A stretch of 61,593 nucleotides of DNA, the filler included, from Platydemus manokwari (taxonomy: Eukaryota), in NCBI GenBank assembly GCA_037951405.1. It is 5 parts of 5 records of this genome, joined end to end, with 100 filler letters (N's around TTAATTAATTAA, not from the genome) between each part and the next. Parts side by side here need not be neighbours in the genome. Positions count along the whole stretch, not along the records: positions 25,209 to 41,114 come from JBBMOY011228098.1; positions 41,215 to 50,957 come from JBBMOY011210876.1; 3 more parts are not named here. One strand, 5' to 3'. Positions within the stretch are counted from its first letter, which is position 1. Each line of letters begins with the position of its first letter. Below, piece after piece: positions 30,346-44,500 of this stretch. The position numbers were made by a program, and so were the translations under genes. The notes under the pieces are model-generated. The model searched no databases and had not been told where the DNA came from. It was given only the letters and a program-made list of their open reading frames with translations.

Positions 30346-33300
30346 AATGATTTGTTTTGATTAATATACTTTTGATTTGGGAGTTTTAAAAATGCTTTAA
30401 TTTGAAAAAATCAAGAAATTTTTTTTCATTGTTTGTGATTTTTTTTACATTAATAAATTATTATAGGTATGTTACTTTTTAGGGTCAATTTTACGTTTTA
30501 AAATTTTATTTGTTTTTTACCACTGTCTTTATTTTACTAATAACACTATCTATGTCTTATCAGTCTCGATGTGAGTTCCTTATTTGACCCACTGGTAGTA
30601 ATTTTGAAAAACTTGTTGTTTCTTTGCCTCAATGCTCAACTGCTTGTATGAAGACAAGGTACCAGTCAATATTTACCTTATGTTGCTCATTCGTTTTTAT
30701 TCTTTATCAACCTCGTATTTTATTTTTAAATCCAATTTCACCACTATAAAGTTGATTCAATGATAATGGGTGATTACCACAAATGAGATGAACCTCAATC
30801 CTCTGATTGAAAACAAGCTAATTCTTCGTGAACAAAAATATATTTGAAACATTAAGTACACGTTGATTACCAGAAACACAATAAAATTGTTTCCTATTCT
30901 AATTATAAATAGATAAATGTAAAAAATTCCTGGACCATCGATAAAATCCTTAGAGTATTATTGATGACAAATCGATTTCAAGATAGTTGAGCTTAGCTTA
31001 ATGATTTTAGCGTAATCAATTAAATAATTTATTTAATATACTACTATCCCAATAAATATCGATGTAGGAATTTTCTGCATATCCAAATTTGCACAACTGA
31101 ATATTTATTAGAATAGAAAATCACAAAATAGATGTCTTTACAATTTCAAGAATTTTACACACATTATACAAATTTCAAACATACATCAAAATTGTGATAC
31201 ACGAAAATCAAAGTTTTTAAAGAAACGACTGTCAAAATAACAATGAGCTCAGCATCCAAAAGAAAGTTTCCGACCATAGAATACTCGCAGTTGACTTTGA
31301 GAGTCGACGCCTTTGTAGATTAGTTGTCTTATAGTTGTGCTTTTCATTTGTTAGAAATATTTAAAGCCTATTGACAAATTCCATTCTTTCTCTTACGTCA
31401 TTGGTGTATCTTGAGTTTCGTTATCTACAGTTAATGTGTACCAATTTTTAGTATAAATTCAATCAGAAATCGATAATTTACAGACCTGTGAATAGATATT
31501 GTTCCGAGTACACTGGGCTTATGTGTATCAAATTTTTGAAGATTGTTCCCACGGTTTCAATAAGTACTTTTGATAGGTTTTAACAAACTTCACAAAAAGT
31601 TACATAATATAAACTGGGAAATCGCATAGGACTATCCTGTTCACATGTATGATAAGATTTTTAACACATGCTAACTGACTTACAGTGAGTAAATCAAAAG
31701 TATATCAAAGAAAGGTTAATTTAATCAATGTTTCTGTATCAACCACATCTATTTTGGAAAAAGATTTTCAAGAACTCAAAAATATGGTTTTGATAGAAAA
31801 ATTATAAGAAAACTAGCAGTTAAAACGAAATTGATGGTAAAATTCTTCAAAAAGCATTAGTTGTTACGGATTTAGATAAGTTTGGCTTTCTAAATGGAAT
31901 CCTTTAACTTAAATAATTAGTACTACATATGATAACTAGAAATTTGGTGGAACTCAACACTCTTAAAATAATGCAGAAATCAAATTAAATGTTTCTAAAT
32001 ATTATCTTTTCCATCGAGTACTACACTTGAGAAAGGCACAAGTTATTTATTGTTCTAACATAGCCAACAGTTCACATACAAAAACATTTTAAGGAACTTC
32101 AAAAGTTGGAAAATCTAATCAGACAATATCAACAAGACTATTTGATAGAAAATATCGCAGGATCATCAAATAATTATTTTAATCTTTAACTAATTTTATG
32201 ATACTATGTATATTTCTGCTTTTATGATACCTGCAGAAACAGAGATATGATTAACAAAAGAATTAAATATCTATTATTACTATAGGAACTTCATATGTAC
32301 ATATAATAATTCTAAACCCTGTTCACTTAGATTGTGGACAAAGCATCTAAAATTTTATTTGGAGTTTACATTGGACGATTATACCAGAAAAGATTCAAAG
32401 AGTAACTTTTCTTTTAGTGTTCGACTCACGTGAAATATTAATTTTTGACAAGATCAACCGAATGATTAAAAATGATTAGACTCCTTTTAAAGGCTTCGCA
32501 TTTGAACAAGACAAAAGGAAAAAACATTTAAGCAAAATTCACTATATTATAATCGTTTAATTATTTGCAAGAATCTTTTACAAAGTTAGCAGTAGATAAA
32601 ACTGAGGTTGAAATACTGAGGGAGCAACTTGAATTATCTTACTGATGCATAAACTTCTAAATTTGTAAACCATGATCCAGTAGCAACTTGATCAGACTTA
32701 TTGGCTCAAACTAGAGCTAGTTGACTCAAAAAAATAAACTAATTGATTATTCTGAAGCAGTGAATCTCATAGAACGTAGATACTATCAATAATATTATCA
32801 CTGTGTGTCGATCATTGTGGCATTACTCATTATATCAAGACCAACAGTCAAATCATCTTTTGACCATTCTCATATTCGAAACTAGCAATAGTCCAAACAA
32901 CTTGGGTCTAAATAAGACTGTTTTCATGACATAATATTTTATTTTCCGGGATAAATTATTTTATTTAGATTTCATTTGTGATTATTGTGTGGTGATTTTA
33001 ACTTCATCACTATAATATTTGTTTTATCTGTGTAACGAAAAATGGAAGGCAAGGACTCTGAGATTCGACAAATGAATATGTTATAATATGACACAAATTG
33101 AAAATTAGATAGCACTTCACCCCATTGAAAATTTTAAAATTATTTTAAATTTTTAGAAAAATACCGCCACAGGTACACAAGAATATGTTAATTTTGATTG
33201 TTTTGATGAATGTCTTGTACACTGACGTTTAGCTGCTTAAGATTTCTAATTACTGTTTAAGAGTTTTAATTTGAGGTCCTTCTTAAATCTTCACATCTAA

Positions 33301-34611
33301 TGCCTCTGTTTTCATGTCTCTTTTGAAATATTAAGTCTGATCAGTGAGCATTGATTTAAAACCTCTGATTGACTACTAAGTATTGCTCATCAATGAATAT
33401 ATAGTTTTGTACGTAATTCTCGGATATATTGTGCGTAATTTCGAGTTGTTTTTAGTGCTCCATTACCAATAAGAATAAGAACAAAAATCTTATAATTTTG
33501 AAAAACTTTCCATTTAATGACTATTTATGTTAAATTTTTCTTATCTCTCTCAACGGAATTTGTTCACAATTCGTTTGAATTGAAGTGATTGAATACGCTT
33601 ATTCGATGTTTAAACTTAATAACTACTTAAAATCTCCGGTTGTAATGACTGTGCGACTCAAAATTATAGGGATTTATCCTTTGCTTCGATATTTTATTAC
33701 AGGAAAGTAAGCAGTGAAAATCAGCTTGTACCATCGACAATATGAAAATAGTCGATGGATCCTAAATGTTTTCACAATAATAGTATAAATAGTAATAATA
33801 ATTATTTCAATAATTATATCGGTGATAATGATAATAATAGCCACGATGGTAATATTAATTATTATGACAATAATAACAATCAACCCATGAATGTTGTATT
33901 TGAAATATCGTGTAAATTATTTTAAAAATGCCAATATACAATAAAAGGTCGATTTTATTATTGTTCTCCTATTGAATCTGCAATGTTTACGAAATGTTAA
34001 TATATAAGATATTCAAAAGGATCTCCATGTCCTTAGATAAAAAATCTTAATTCATTGATTCTAGTGATTTCATCTATCTCCACTTAATGGAACATTTTTA
34101 GTTTTTGATGTTAACGATTTTTTAGAAATTCTTGAAGAAAGATTTATTCTCAAGAGAAGATGTGATTAATAAATTGGTTTAATCAATTATTATCGGATTT
34201 TTTCGGTGTTTCCATAGCAATCAGAGCAAAGGAGCTCAATTGTCCTCTATCAAACTGATTAATTATGTGTTTCAATAATTTATTGATGATGATAGAATAT
34301 AGATAGTTTTATTTTCTTTTGAAGAATTCCGAGGTCAGTTTGAAGATTACCGACTGCTTTTCATAGATTACAACCAAATGAATTCCTTTGAAATTTTTGA
34401 TGTTGTGAAATAAAATAATGTTTATATTGATGAAATTGATTATTAGGTGAATCCCAATCGTTGGCTTTGACAAACTTGTTACAGGATAAAAGTACAGTAA
34501 TAACCAACTTCTCCACTTTCTTTAATGCCTAATTTTCTCTTTGCTTTCTATTAGCCACCTAAACACAATTACACAAAACTAATTGTTTAACTTATGTAAG
34601 TATATTTACTA

Positions 34612-34645
<34 letters not shown>

Positions 34646-34646
34646 A
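34612..34646. repeat. (TA)n(TG)n microsatellite
   Basis: Direct observation. Confidence 0.9.
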
Positions 34647-35640
34647 TTCTAGGTTCAAAGACTTTTAATGATTTTTCCCTTTTTTTAAAAGGATTATTTT
34701 TGGAAATGAAATGTAACAAGAAATGTATTATTTTATTGATTGCATGTGTTGGAGAATTGAGAAAATGATTAAAAATAACAATAATGAAACAATAATTGAC
34801 AGTAACAATATCTGAAAATGTGTGTATCAATGAATACGTATTACATTTTTATAAATGTATATTGTATCAAAAAATGTATCGATGCATATTTAGAAACCAT
34901 TGTGATAGTATTGCTTCATGCATGTATTATGAACGATTTCAAATCGTTACAATTATTTTGTTACAGTTATTTTATGAAAATTGTATCAATATATCCCAAC
35001 AAATATCTGCTTAATTATTTATGATAAAATAATAATAATCAAATGTTTAATAATAAAACAATAATTAAACTATTAAGAGACTGTTTTAAGATATTAAAAA
35101 GGGATAAATATAAAGGAGGTTGAAATAAAACAACCTTGCCCATTGTAAGAAACCACTAAGCCCGTTATTGGAAACCACCAAAGCCGTTGATTACGTGATT
35201 CGATTTCAAAAAGACATTGCTCTGCGATTATATTTGCCATTGCCATTTGAGCCATTGTCAGTTAACGAAAGTTCGATTATATATAAACAACTGATAATTA
35301 CTATATACTTATCGTGTATCATTTTATTATTGAGCTTTGACTCAAAAACTCCTGTTAATGGTAACTGGTTTTGCTCCAAGAGTGTGGAGTTTATCAACCG
35401 TCCTCTTAATATAGAATTTGTTAATATAAGTCGTTTTGGTCTCATTTTTATTTGGTGTATAACTGTATTTGTAAAATCATATTTTATATTTGTATCGGGG
35501 TTAATTGTTGTATCAATTAAAATTGGTGTAATTCCATGCGTGTTCATTAATTGAAGATAATAATAGTTAATAGTTTTGTCGAGACTGATAATAGAAGTAA
35601 AATATATAGATCATAGTTGCCGTATATATTGTCTTCAAAC

Positions 35641-38520
35641 AAAAAAAAACTAAAATTTATTTCCGATGCGTTGGCACAAGTCCTCACATCATTTTTATAA
35701 TATGTACATTCCCGAAGTCTTCGGATATTTCCTTGAGAAGGTTTCCTAATCAGGTTCTTTATGGTTTTTGTCGATTCTCTTCCAAATCATTGTTACGTCC
35801 GGTGAGTTGTTTGAAGGTCCTGTTCCATGATGGGTGCTTGAGGTTTCACATATCCGTGTGAGCCTTGTAGGTGGCGAAGGCGTCCTTATCTGGAATGAGC
35901 TTATCTGGAATCCAGCGATGAATGTGATTTGGGCTTTGTCGAGGCCGATGTTTGAGAGAACTCCATTGTTCTTTGGGTCCCAAGATCCGGGCACTCCTAG
36001 GCAAAGTACGTCTAAGCTGGTTTCAAAGCGAGTTTTGATCCTGATATCGGAGGTGGTTGACCTGTATTTCTAGAAGATTAGTAATCTGTGCTTCTCAAAA
36101 TTGTCGGCGATGTTGAATGAAATTTTCAGATCCACGATATAAGCATGAAATTTTGCCTTGTTCCTAATAATTAGGTCAGGTCTGAGTTTTGTGCTCATTT
36201 CCGGCGGGCTTGTGTCGATGTCCGTGTCATAGCCAAACGATCTGAGAAAATGTCCTAGATGGTCGAGAATTACTGCATGTCTTCGATGCAAGTCCTGGTA
36301 CAGCAGGACAGTATATATAGATGTGGGCATTGGTTTCTCTCTCAGTGTGGCATCTTCGGCAAAGAGTGGATTTTTCCATTTTGATAAAATATGGAGCGTA
36401 GTTGAGCAGGAGGAGGTTGTTTCTTGCTTGGTGGACGAATATCTATAATTCAGGAGAGAGGTGGTAGCTTTTCATTGGCTTCTGAGACAGATGCGAGGCT
36501 GAAAAGCAGTGGGCAAGCCGACCTTGTTTTTTCATTGTAGTCCTCTCCTTGTAATGGTACATCGAGACTGAGTCGTGTAGAATATCTGATAGCTTGCCTC
36601 TGAAATTGAAATGGTAGGTTTTATCTTCTTCGATTGTAACTTTCAGAAGGATCTTCTCATTGTGTTGGTAGAATTGGATGTCAATCCTAATAGTCCCCAG
36701 CTTACTAATTGCAAATCGGGTTTTGGTCCACCATGTTGAGGATAAGCTGGGTTTATCAGTGTTTAACTTCTCCGAGATCCATAGAAGAGCGATGTTGAGA
36801 TCACAATATTCCGAAGTCTTGTATTTGACTATATAATTGATGTGGTCGGTGATGAAGGTTCTGAATTGGTGGTCTGGTCTGGTTAGGAATCTGAAAGCTC
36901 CGACTACACTTTGGATACAGTATTCCATGAGTGAGGTGGTTAGTCCAATTCCACCATGTTTAGACGCGGTATATATAAAGAAGTTCTTGCTAAAATTCGA
37001 CACGTCCATCTTGAGAATGTTTCGGCCGATTTGACTTATTTTCTTGTCGAAGGATTGTTAGAGTTCGTTGTCTTTATTAGTGATCAAGGTCCTGGAATCA
37101 AGTTTTGTTGTTGCCACTTGCTGAATGCGGAAGTGGAAGGGAAGCCGAGAGTGCAGGAAGATGTTGAACGCTGCGAACTTCTGTGATGGGTGAAGTCGCG
37201 ATTCAGTAATGGCTTCGAAGTCTGATATGATTGTTTGCAGAATGTTGTTGACTGGAGAAAGCTTTGGGAGTCCAAACGGTACGCCAAAGTATCTGTATAG
37301 ATTATCTGCATCAATGATTGGTATTTTTTCCTCGTTGATTTGAAGATGTATCTGGTTCCTCGGGTTTTTGGTGAAATATCCACATTTGTTGGCGTTGATT
37401 GTGAGTTGAATTTCGTTTGTTGCGTTGATAATGTGGCTGAGCCTGTGTTCTAAGTTTTCTCCAGAGTTTGCTAAGATGACAATGTCATCAGCGTATGCCA
37501 GTGTGAAGAATTGGCTGTTGTGGGCTGTTAGGTATTCTAGAATATCCGATGATAAGCGTATAATAAAGTCGATTGATAGGCAGAACAGTGTCATTGACAA
37601 GGGGCAACCTTGTTTGAAACCACGATAGATCGATATTGGTGGAGTCTTGATTATCCCGCAAGTGTATGTGGTTCTGCTGTCTTAGTATAAGGTCTGGATC
37701 ATTTCAATGTAGTGAAAGTTGCAGCCCATCGATTTCAGTGTGTACCAGATGACATTTTGGGACAGGCTTGGGAAAGCTTCTTTGAGGTCGATCCAGCACA
37801 GATGGAGGTCTTTGTTCTGTTATGATGCATATTCCTTCAGCGATAAGAGGTAAGCGTTGTGTTCAGCGCATCCGTCAGAAGCGAACATTGCTTTTTGATT
37901 TGGAGAGAGTAAGTTGCCCGCATCGATCCATTTGAGAGGTCTGAGGTTGAGGATCGTACTGAATATTCGATATGAAGTATCGGTAAGTGCGATTGGTCTC
38001 CACGAGGTTATGAGATGAGATAGGTTCTGCTTACCTGGTTTTATTAGCAAGTTAGTATTACATTCCTTTCACAGGTTTGGAATGGTTTTTGTTTTTAGTA
38101 TTCTGCTGAATAGAGATTGGAGGTATAGGTGCTGCGGGTCTAGCTGTCTCCAATCTTTATACGTGATCCCGTCATTACCAGGTGAGGATTTTTCAAGTTT
38201 CGCGAACGTATTTGCGATTTTAGTGAGCGAGATCGCTTTGAGGTTCGAGATGTCCTCATGTTTCGCTATTTTGCGGGCAGAAGTTGTTTGGTAGCGGTTT
38301 CGGTTTTGGCTTCGAGTAGTGAGTTATGATGTCTTCGATGTTAGGAGTCGCTGTAGGATTGGTTGAAGGCATAAAGTTTCGAAGAGTTTTCTTTGGCTCA
38401 GTTTGGAATTGGGTTCTCAGTTTGTAGTCAGAGGGTGACTCATCCATTAGATGAAGAACTGATGGTTTGATGACTTTCTCCGGAGCAAATCCGGAAGTGT
38501 CGATGGTGGAGATAACAGAA
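35641..38520 (-). mobile_element. Decayed, 5'-truncated non-LTR retrotransposon of the RLE group (NeSL/R4/R5-like): RT, CCHC finger, PD-(D/E)xK endonuclease
   Basis: WRPIAL, SPNQKAM..DGCAEH, WIDLKEAFPSL, GFKQGCPLS, LAYADD, YRYFGV, KHGGIGL, CRRCHTERETNAHIYIYC, RRH, RPDLII..YIVDLKISF and GSWDPKN in canonical order, with several stops and frameshifts. The 3' end is AATAAA plus oligo-T. Confidence 0.93.
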
Positions 38521-40516
38521 AGTCATTAGGTTTAATAGATTGTACCTTGGGTTTGGTTAGAACCACGTGAGGCTGATAAGGCAACATTGATCTATCTCAA
38601 AGCAAGAATAAAATTTGAGACTGGTAATTAAAACAAAACCAACAAACCCAAAACACATCGTATGAATAAAAGTGTATTTGGGTGAGATCTATTATGTTAG
38701 TTTTTATCTCTAATCGGATTACATCGATTTTCGTGAATTTCAACTTAATAAGCAAAGTGCGATCTTAATTTCATTTTTTTCAATATATTGCTGTTACACC
38801 CTACGCACTCTTTCTAAACTACCACATTTCTAAATAATTTTAATCTTTCCATCTTTCAATTCACAAATCCAATTTCGATAGCACTCAATCTCAATCTCTC
38901 TAATAAATCTACTCTAACATCTCCAACAATCTCCAGTTTCTATTATCTCAACCAATTTTATCCCAATTGCCATCCTTTCTAAATAAAAAATAATTCTCTA
39001 GAAGTCAAAACCAGAACCCAATCTCAACAATAATCACATTTACCAGTTCCAGCAATTTCCCAGCAATTTCAACATGAACAATAGCTTATAAATTAATATT
39101 TTTTTCGAAGTGGTATTGTGTTTCTCAATTTATCTTTATCTTTAAATGAATGTGTAATATTTTAATTCTCTTTATGATATTACTTATAATAATAATTTTG
39201 TGTCAATGAGTTTGCGTATTCTTTTGAGCTGTGGACAGGAAAGGGTGATTGCGGGAAGCAACAAAAAATTAAGTAATGTAATTTTAAAAAAACAGAATTA
39301 AATAGACAGTGAAAGCGAATATGTGAACAAAATAATAATAACAATAATAAAATGAAAAATTGAACAATAATAAATAAATAAATAATGATCATGATGATGA
39401 TGATGATTGTTGTTTTTCATCTTTCATAAATAAATTTTTATAACCAACACCGCACTATTAAACATCATCTCAATAATTATCGATTCATTAACTATAAATG
39501 TATTACTTTGTACGATAGTGCAAACCAGTTGCTACAACGGGATCGTCAATTCCTTGTTGTAACAATCAATATAATTGCTGTTCTAACCTTTAGATAACTT
39601 GAGTATAGTTTTCCGATAGTTTCGTCCTCATATGAGCTATCGAAGCCCTCATAAAACCAGCGCAACATTAAAACAACAAAACCCATGACTCAAACCATTA
39701 ATAAATATCTAAAGATTATTCCCAAGCAATCACTAAATCGCCAGTCAGTAAGCGAACAGTTAAACATTTTCTAGAATTTCAACCAGTATTCAAGGGAGAA
39801 ATGAAATCGTTTAAGAATTAGATAACGGATTGTGGCAATCATCGAAAATTTTTCGATGAAAAAAATAATTTTGATGAATTTCGTTTTTGATTTATTTGTA
39901 AAATTTGGCCGATTTAATATTAAATAATCATTATGGTCATCCTACCATTTCAATAGTATGATTATAATATTCTAAATTATTCAGTTTCACTTGTTGTATA
40001 AATTAAAGTAATTGGTCATGGAACAAATTGATCCATTTTTTGAACCGCATACTCCTTCATTTTCAATATTTGATCCAAGTGATTATTACTGATAAACTAG
40101 TAATTATAAACTCGTCTAAACTAATTCAATACATCAATTTTATGATATCGATCACAATTTAATAATACAAATTATTTTTATAAAGATAATGATATTGGCG
40201 CGATAATAACAAAGATAATGTGATATCATTTACTACATTATAATAATGTTATTGAAAATGACGATTTGTCAGCATTGTTACTAATATTGATAATGCAATA
40301 ATCATAATGGTATCAATTGTAATTAAAAATTGGAGTAAAACATTAACAATACAAATTTTCTAGTTGACAATTTTTTATTCCTTTTATTGATTTATTTTCT
40401 TTGTTTCTTCGTCTTTCTTCATGCACTTCTCAGCTGATCTTCTAACGATGCCACACTTCAGTAACCTTCAATTTCTCTTCGCAAATGACATCCAATGATC
40501 TTCTTGTAATACTACC

Positions 40517-41079
40517 CAGTGATGGGCACTAAACTAAAAAAATTAATTAAACTAAAACTTTTTTACAACTAAAAATCATTAGTTAAACTTTAGTTTGAAA
40601 CTAAATCTTTAAAATAGTTGAACTAAACTTTAAAATATTAGTTAAACTTTTCTAAACTTTTTCACAAACTTTTTTTACCGGATCTTCATATATTTTCTCT
40701 CAAACGTGAATCAACAATAATGTTGCCATCATTAAATTTGACAGATAATACATTCCCAGTAACTGACAGTCATTCAAAAACTCAAAATATAGCCAAAAAG
40801 TTGAAATAACAGCCCAAAGCAGACTATCAGTCTATCAATCTGGTATCCACCCATTCAGTTTTAGTCTGGATCTCAGAACCAGCAGCTAATCCAGAGTATC
40901 ATCTGCCATTTTGCAAACTAAAAAAAGTTAGTTAAACTTTTTAGTTAATAACTAAATTTTTTTAGTTAAACTATTATTTTAACTAAACTATTTTTCTTTA
41001 GTTAAACTTTTACTTTAACTAAAAAATTTAAGTTTAACTAAAGTTTGAAACTTTTTAGTTAAACTAGTGCCCATCACTG
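40517..41079. mobile_element. Non-autonomous DNA transposon (hAT-like) with arrays of AGTTAAACT/AAACTA subterminal repeats
   Basis: Perfect 15-bp TIR CAGTGATGGGCACTA / TAGTGCCCATCACTG; no clear TSD. Confidence 0.8.
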
Positions 41080-41114
41080 AGTATAGCACAAAATCGTAGA
41101 ACTTCGGTTTTTTT

Positions 41115-41214
41115 NNNNNNNNNNNNNNNNNNNNNNNNNNNNNNNNNNNNNNNNNNNNTTAATTAATTAANNNNNNNNNNNNNNNNNNNNNNNNNNNNNN
41201 NNNNNNNNNNNNNN
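41115..41214. other. Assembly spacer 44N-TTAATTAATTAA-44N
   Basis: Directly visible. Confidence 0.98.
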
Positions 41215-41526
41215 ATAATAATATAGGAGCAAGCACATACCGGATTGACATTGCGCTTCAACCGGTAGTATACAGGACTCACATATCTAAAAAATTACAA
41301 TAATTCCAATAAGACAGTTAGAGTGCTTAAATAATGAAGAATGTTGCTTGTATTCGTAAATCTTATGTTCATCAGGATATCGAATTTAAGAGTTTCTTGA
41401 GTCATTGTTTAACAAGCTTTATCCAAAAATATGAATCACTTAAATCAATTAAAATTTAGTCTACTATTATAATCTTATCTTTTGATCTATAAAACATTTC
41501 AATTATTTAATCGTGTTTAAATTCAG

Positions 41527-44500
41527 CTTAATGCTCAATTATTGCTTCCAAAAATTACGCTCGGTTCAAGTTACTACTCTCCATTGTTCAGCTCAGACAA
41601 CTCCTGTACATGTTTTACAAAAACTCAATCAATCCTGTATAATAATTAATTCAAATACGGGTCGGGTTTATCGTCCAAAAGAATCAGAGAGATTAATTCT
41701 ATATTTAAAGGATATTAATTTACCTAAACTAGATAAATGGGGTACTAGTCAAATAATATCATTTCTTCAACAGGTTATAACATACAACGGGTTTTATGAT
41801 TCCAACTTAGAGTTTGTTGGATTAGAAGGAGTTCAAATTGTGTGTAGTATGAATTCATCTACAAGTATGGGAAGGAGTTCTCTTTCTACTAGGTTTACTT
41901 CTATAGTTCGTTTATGTTCCATAAGCTATCCTTCAAAGGATCAATTGAATGACATTTACACAGCTTATTTAAGACCAGTCATTAGCAAACTCGTTCCAAA
42001 ACATCCTGTTTGGTCTCAACATTCAAAAATAAAATTATTGGCTGGAACTATGATAGAAGTGTATTCTCAAATAAAATCTAAATTCACTGTTGATGATCAT
42101 AACCATTATTTATTTACACCAAGTGATTTAACTCAATGGGTCTTGTCATTACTTAGATATGACATGCCAGCTAGTACAGATAATACACCAAGTCATTTGC
42201 TTGAGGTAGTTTCTCATGAATGCATGAGAATTTTTCAAGATAGACTTACTAGTATCGATGCTATTAAACGAGCTGATGGTATATTATTTAATACAATTCA
42301 CAGTGAATGGTCAGTTGAAATTCAAGATGCATTAGAAGATTCTTGGTACGTAACATGGGGTTCGAAAGAACCTCAAGCAGCAGGCGCACCACCACCCATA
42401 CAAGGCAAATCCCTTGGCAAGCTGAGTTCTGAATATATGAAAGATACCATTGATAGGGGACTTTTACAATATTCTAGAGAATGTAGAGATTTAGATATAC
42501 TTTTGTTCAAAGAAGTTCTTGATAATGTTTCTAAAATAGATCGTGTTATAACCAAACCAGGTGGATCAATTCTATTATCAGGTAGATCAGGAGTCGGTCG
42601 AAGAACAGCATCTTTATTAGTAGCTCATATGCATAATATGAAAATTGTATCTCCCAAAATGTATAGGGGGTACGGGTTGAAACAATTTAAAAATGACTTA
42701 AAAACTACCATGCAAATTGCTGGATTAGATGGTGAACATATTGTGCTTTTATTGGAAGATCATCAATTTTTAGAGCCACAATTTCTTGAGTTAATTAATA
42801 GCCTACTTGCTTCTGGAGAAGTACCTGGATTATACAGTAACGAAGAATTAGAACCTCTTTTAATTCATCTAAAAGATTTAGCAAATGAAGCTGGTCATAG
42901 GGGCTCATTGGGAAATTATTTCGCTGATAGAATAAAACATTATTTACACGTTATTTTGATTATGGATTGTACAAATCCCAGTTTTGTAATAAACTGTCAA
43001 AGCAATCCTGCATTTTTTAAGTACTGCTCAGTTCAGTGGCTTGAGACCTGGTCTCGACAGTCCATGTTGAAAATTCCGCACATGCTCATTACCAAAGTTC
43101 CTAGGGAAGATGGGAGCCGATTACGACAAAACGATTCTAATAAGGAAAATACAAAATCTTTGCTTGGTGGAGAAAATTTAAATAATCATTTCTTAGATTT
43201 ACATGAAACATATCCAACTGAAAATTCTAATCCCAGGCAATTTATAAATTTTGTAAAAATGTATATCAAAATTTATACAATGAAAAAGAAACAGATCGAA
43301 ACAAGGCAGAACCATTTTCAAGTTGGCATTAAAAAAATTAATGAAGCAAAAGAATTAGTTGCAGAATTAAAGTCTAAAGCTGGGGAACAAAGTAAATTAT
43401 TGACCGAGAAGCAAGCCGAAGCTGATGAAGCACTCAAGAAAATAACTTCCGTTATGCAAGGGGCTACTGAACAAAAAGGTGAAATGGAAAAACTGACTGC
43501 TAAGACGGCAGAGGAAAATATTATTTTAGCAAAGCGCAAAACAGCTATTGATGCTGAATTAGCTATTATTGAGCCTCAAGTCAGAGAAGCTAGATCGGCT
43601 GTAGGTGACATTAAGTCAAGTGATTTATCAGAAATAAGAGCCTTGAGAGCACCACCTGATGTTATTCGTGATATTTTTGAAGGTGTTTTACTTATTATGG
43701 GAACCTTAGATACTTCATGGGTAAGCATGAGAAATTTTCTGGGTAAGAGAGGAATACAAGAAGAAATTCAGACATTTGACGCTAGGCGAATAACCAAGGA
43801 GATTCGAAGTCAAGTAGAGGATTTATTATTAAAATGCAAGGATTCGTTTGAAGCAAAGGTAAAAATTTATCATTCATAAAATTTTTAAAAATTATTCTTT
43901 TTATTTTTGAATTTTTTAATTATGTAATATATTGAATGAATTTAGGAATCTTTATTCTTGTATTTTAATTCTAAAATATTATAGACATTATGAAACTTGG
44001 TTGAAACATAATATATAATTATTTAAACAAAGTACACATACGAAATTCAACGCTTAACCTCTTTAGATATTCAATACATCTTTTATTTAATGAATCTGCA
44101 TATTTTATCATTTCTTGATCAATTTTAATATGACCAGTAGTATTATCAGTCTTTTGTGAGAATTATATTTTGATTATATTTCTGTTCTATCTTTTATCTA
44201 AGTCCGTAAACATCATATTGCAAGTTGAATTATTCTGGATTTTTCATTTCATGTTTCTCATTAATTTTCCTATATAGAAGTTTTTATTCAGATTCAATAT
44301 GTAAATGTCCTTTGCATTCTGACGCTATAGTACCTGATTAAAATTTAGTGAGCTTATACTAATTTTCTTTAATACATACTCTGATTCGCAAGATGGTCAT
44401 ACAAGTTTTTCTATTGATATTCCCCTTCAGACATGTGGTATTTTCTCTGTCTACATTTAGCTAATTCACTTAACTTACATTTACAAGTTATGAACAAGTA

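Noticed and set aside
33674-39392. Ile/Leu-rich 'membrane' ORFs at 33674-33883 and 39180-39392
   Set aside because: They are translations of low-complexity (AAT)n-like tracts with no family signal.
39611-39660. Hammerhead ribozyme-like GAGGACGAAAC on the minus strand
   Set aside because: No CTGANGA core or closing stems.
40517-41079. CRISPR-like or regulatory array of AGTTAAACT repeats
   Set aside because: Irregular subterminal repeats inside TIRs in a eukaryotic genome.
42373-43539. Antisense ORFs within the DYNC2H1 exon (likewise those opposite the LINE and MRPS18B)
   Set aside because: Shadow ORFs of real coding sequence.
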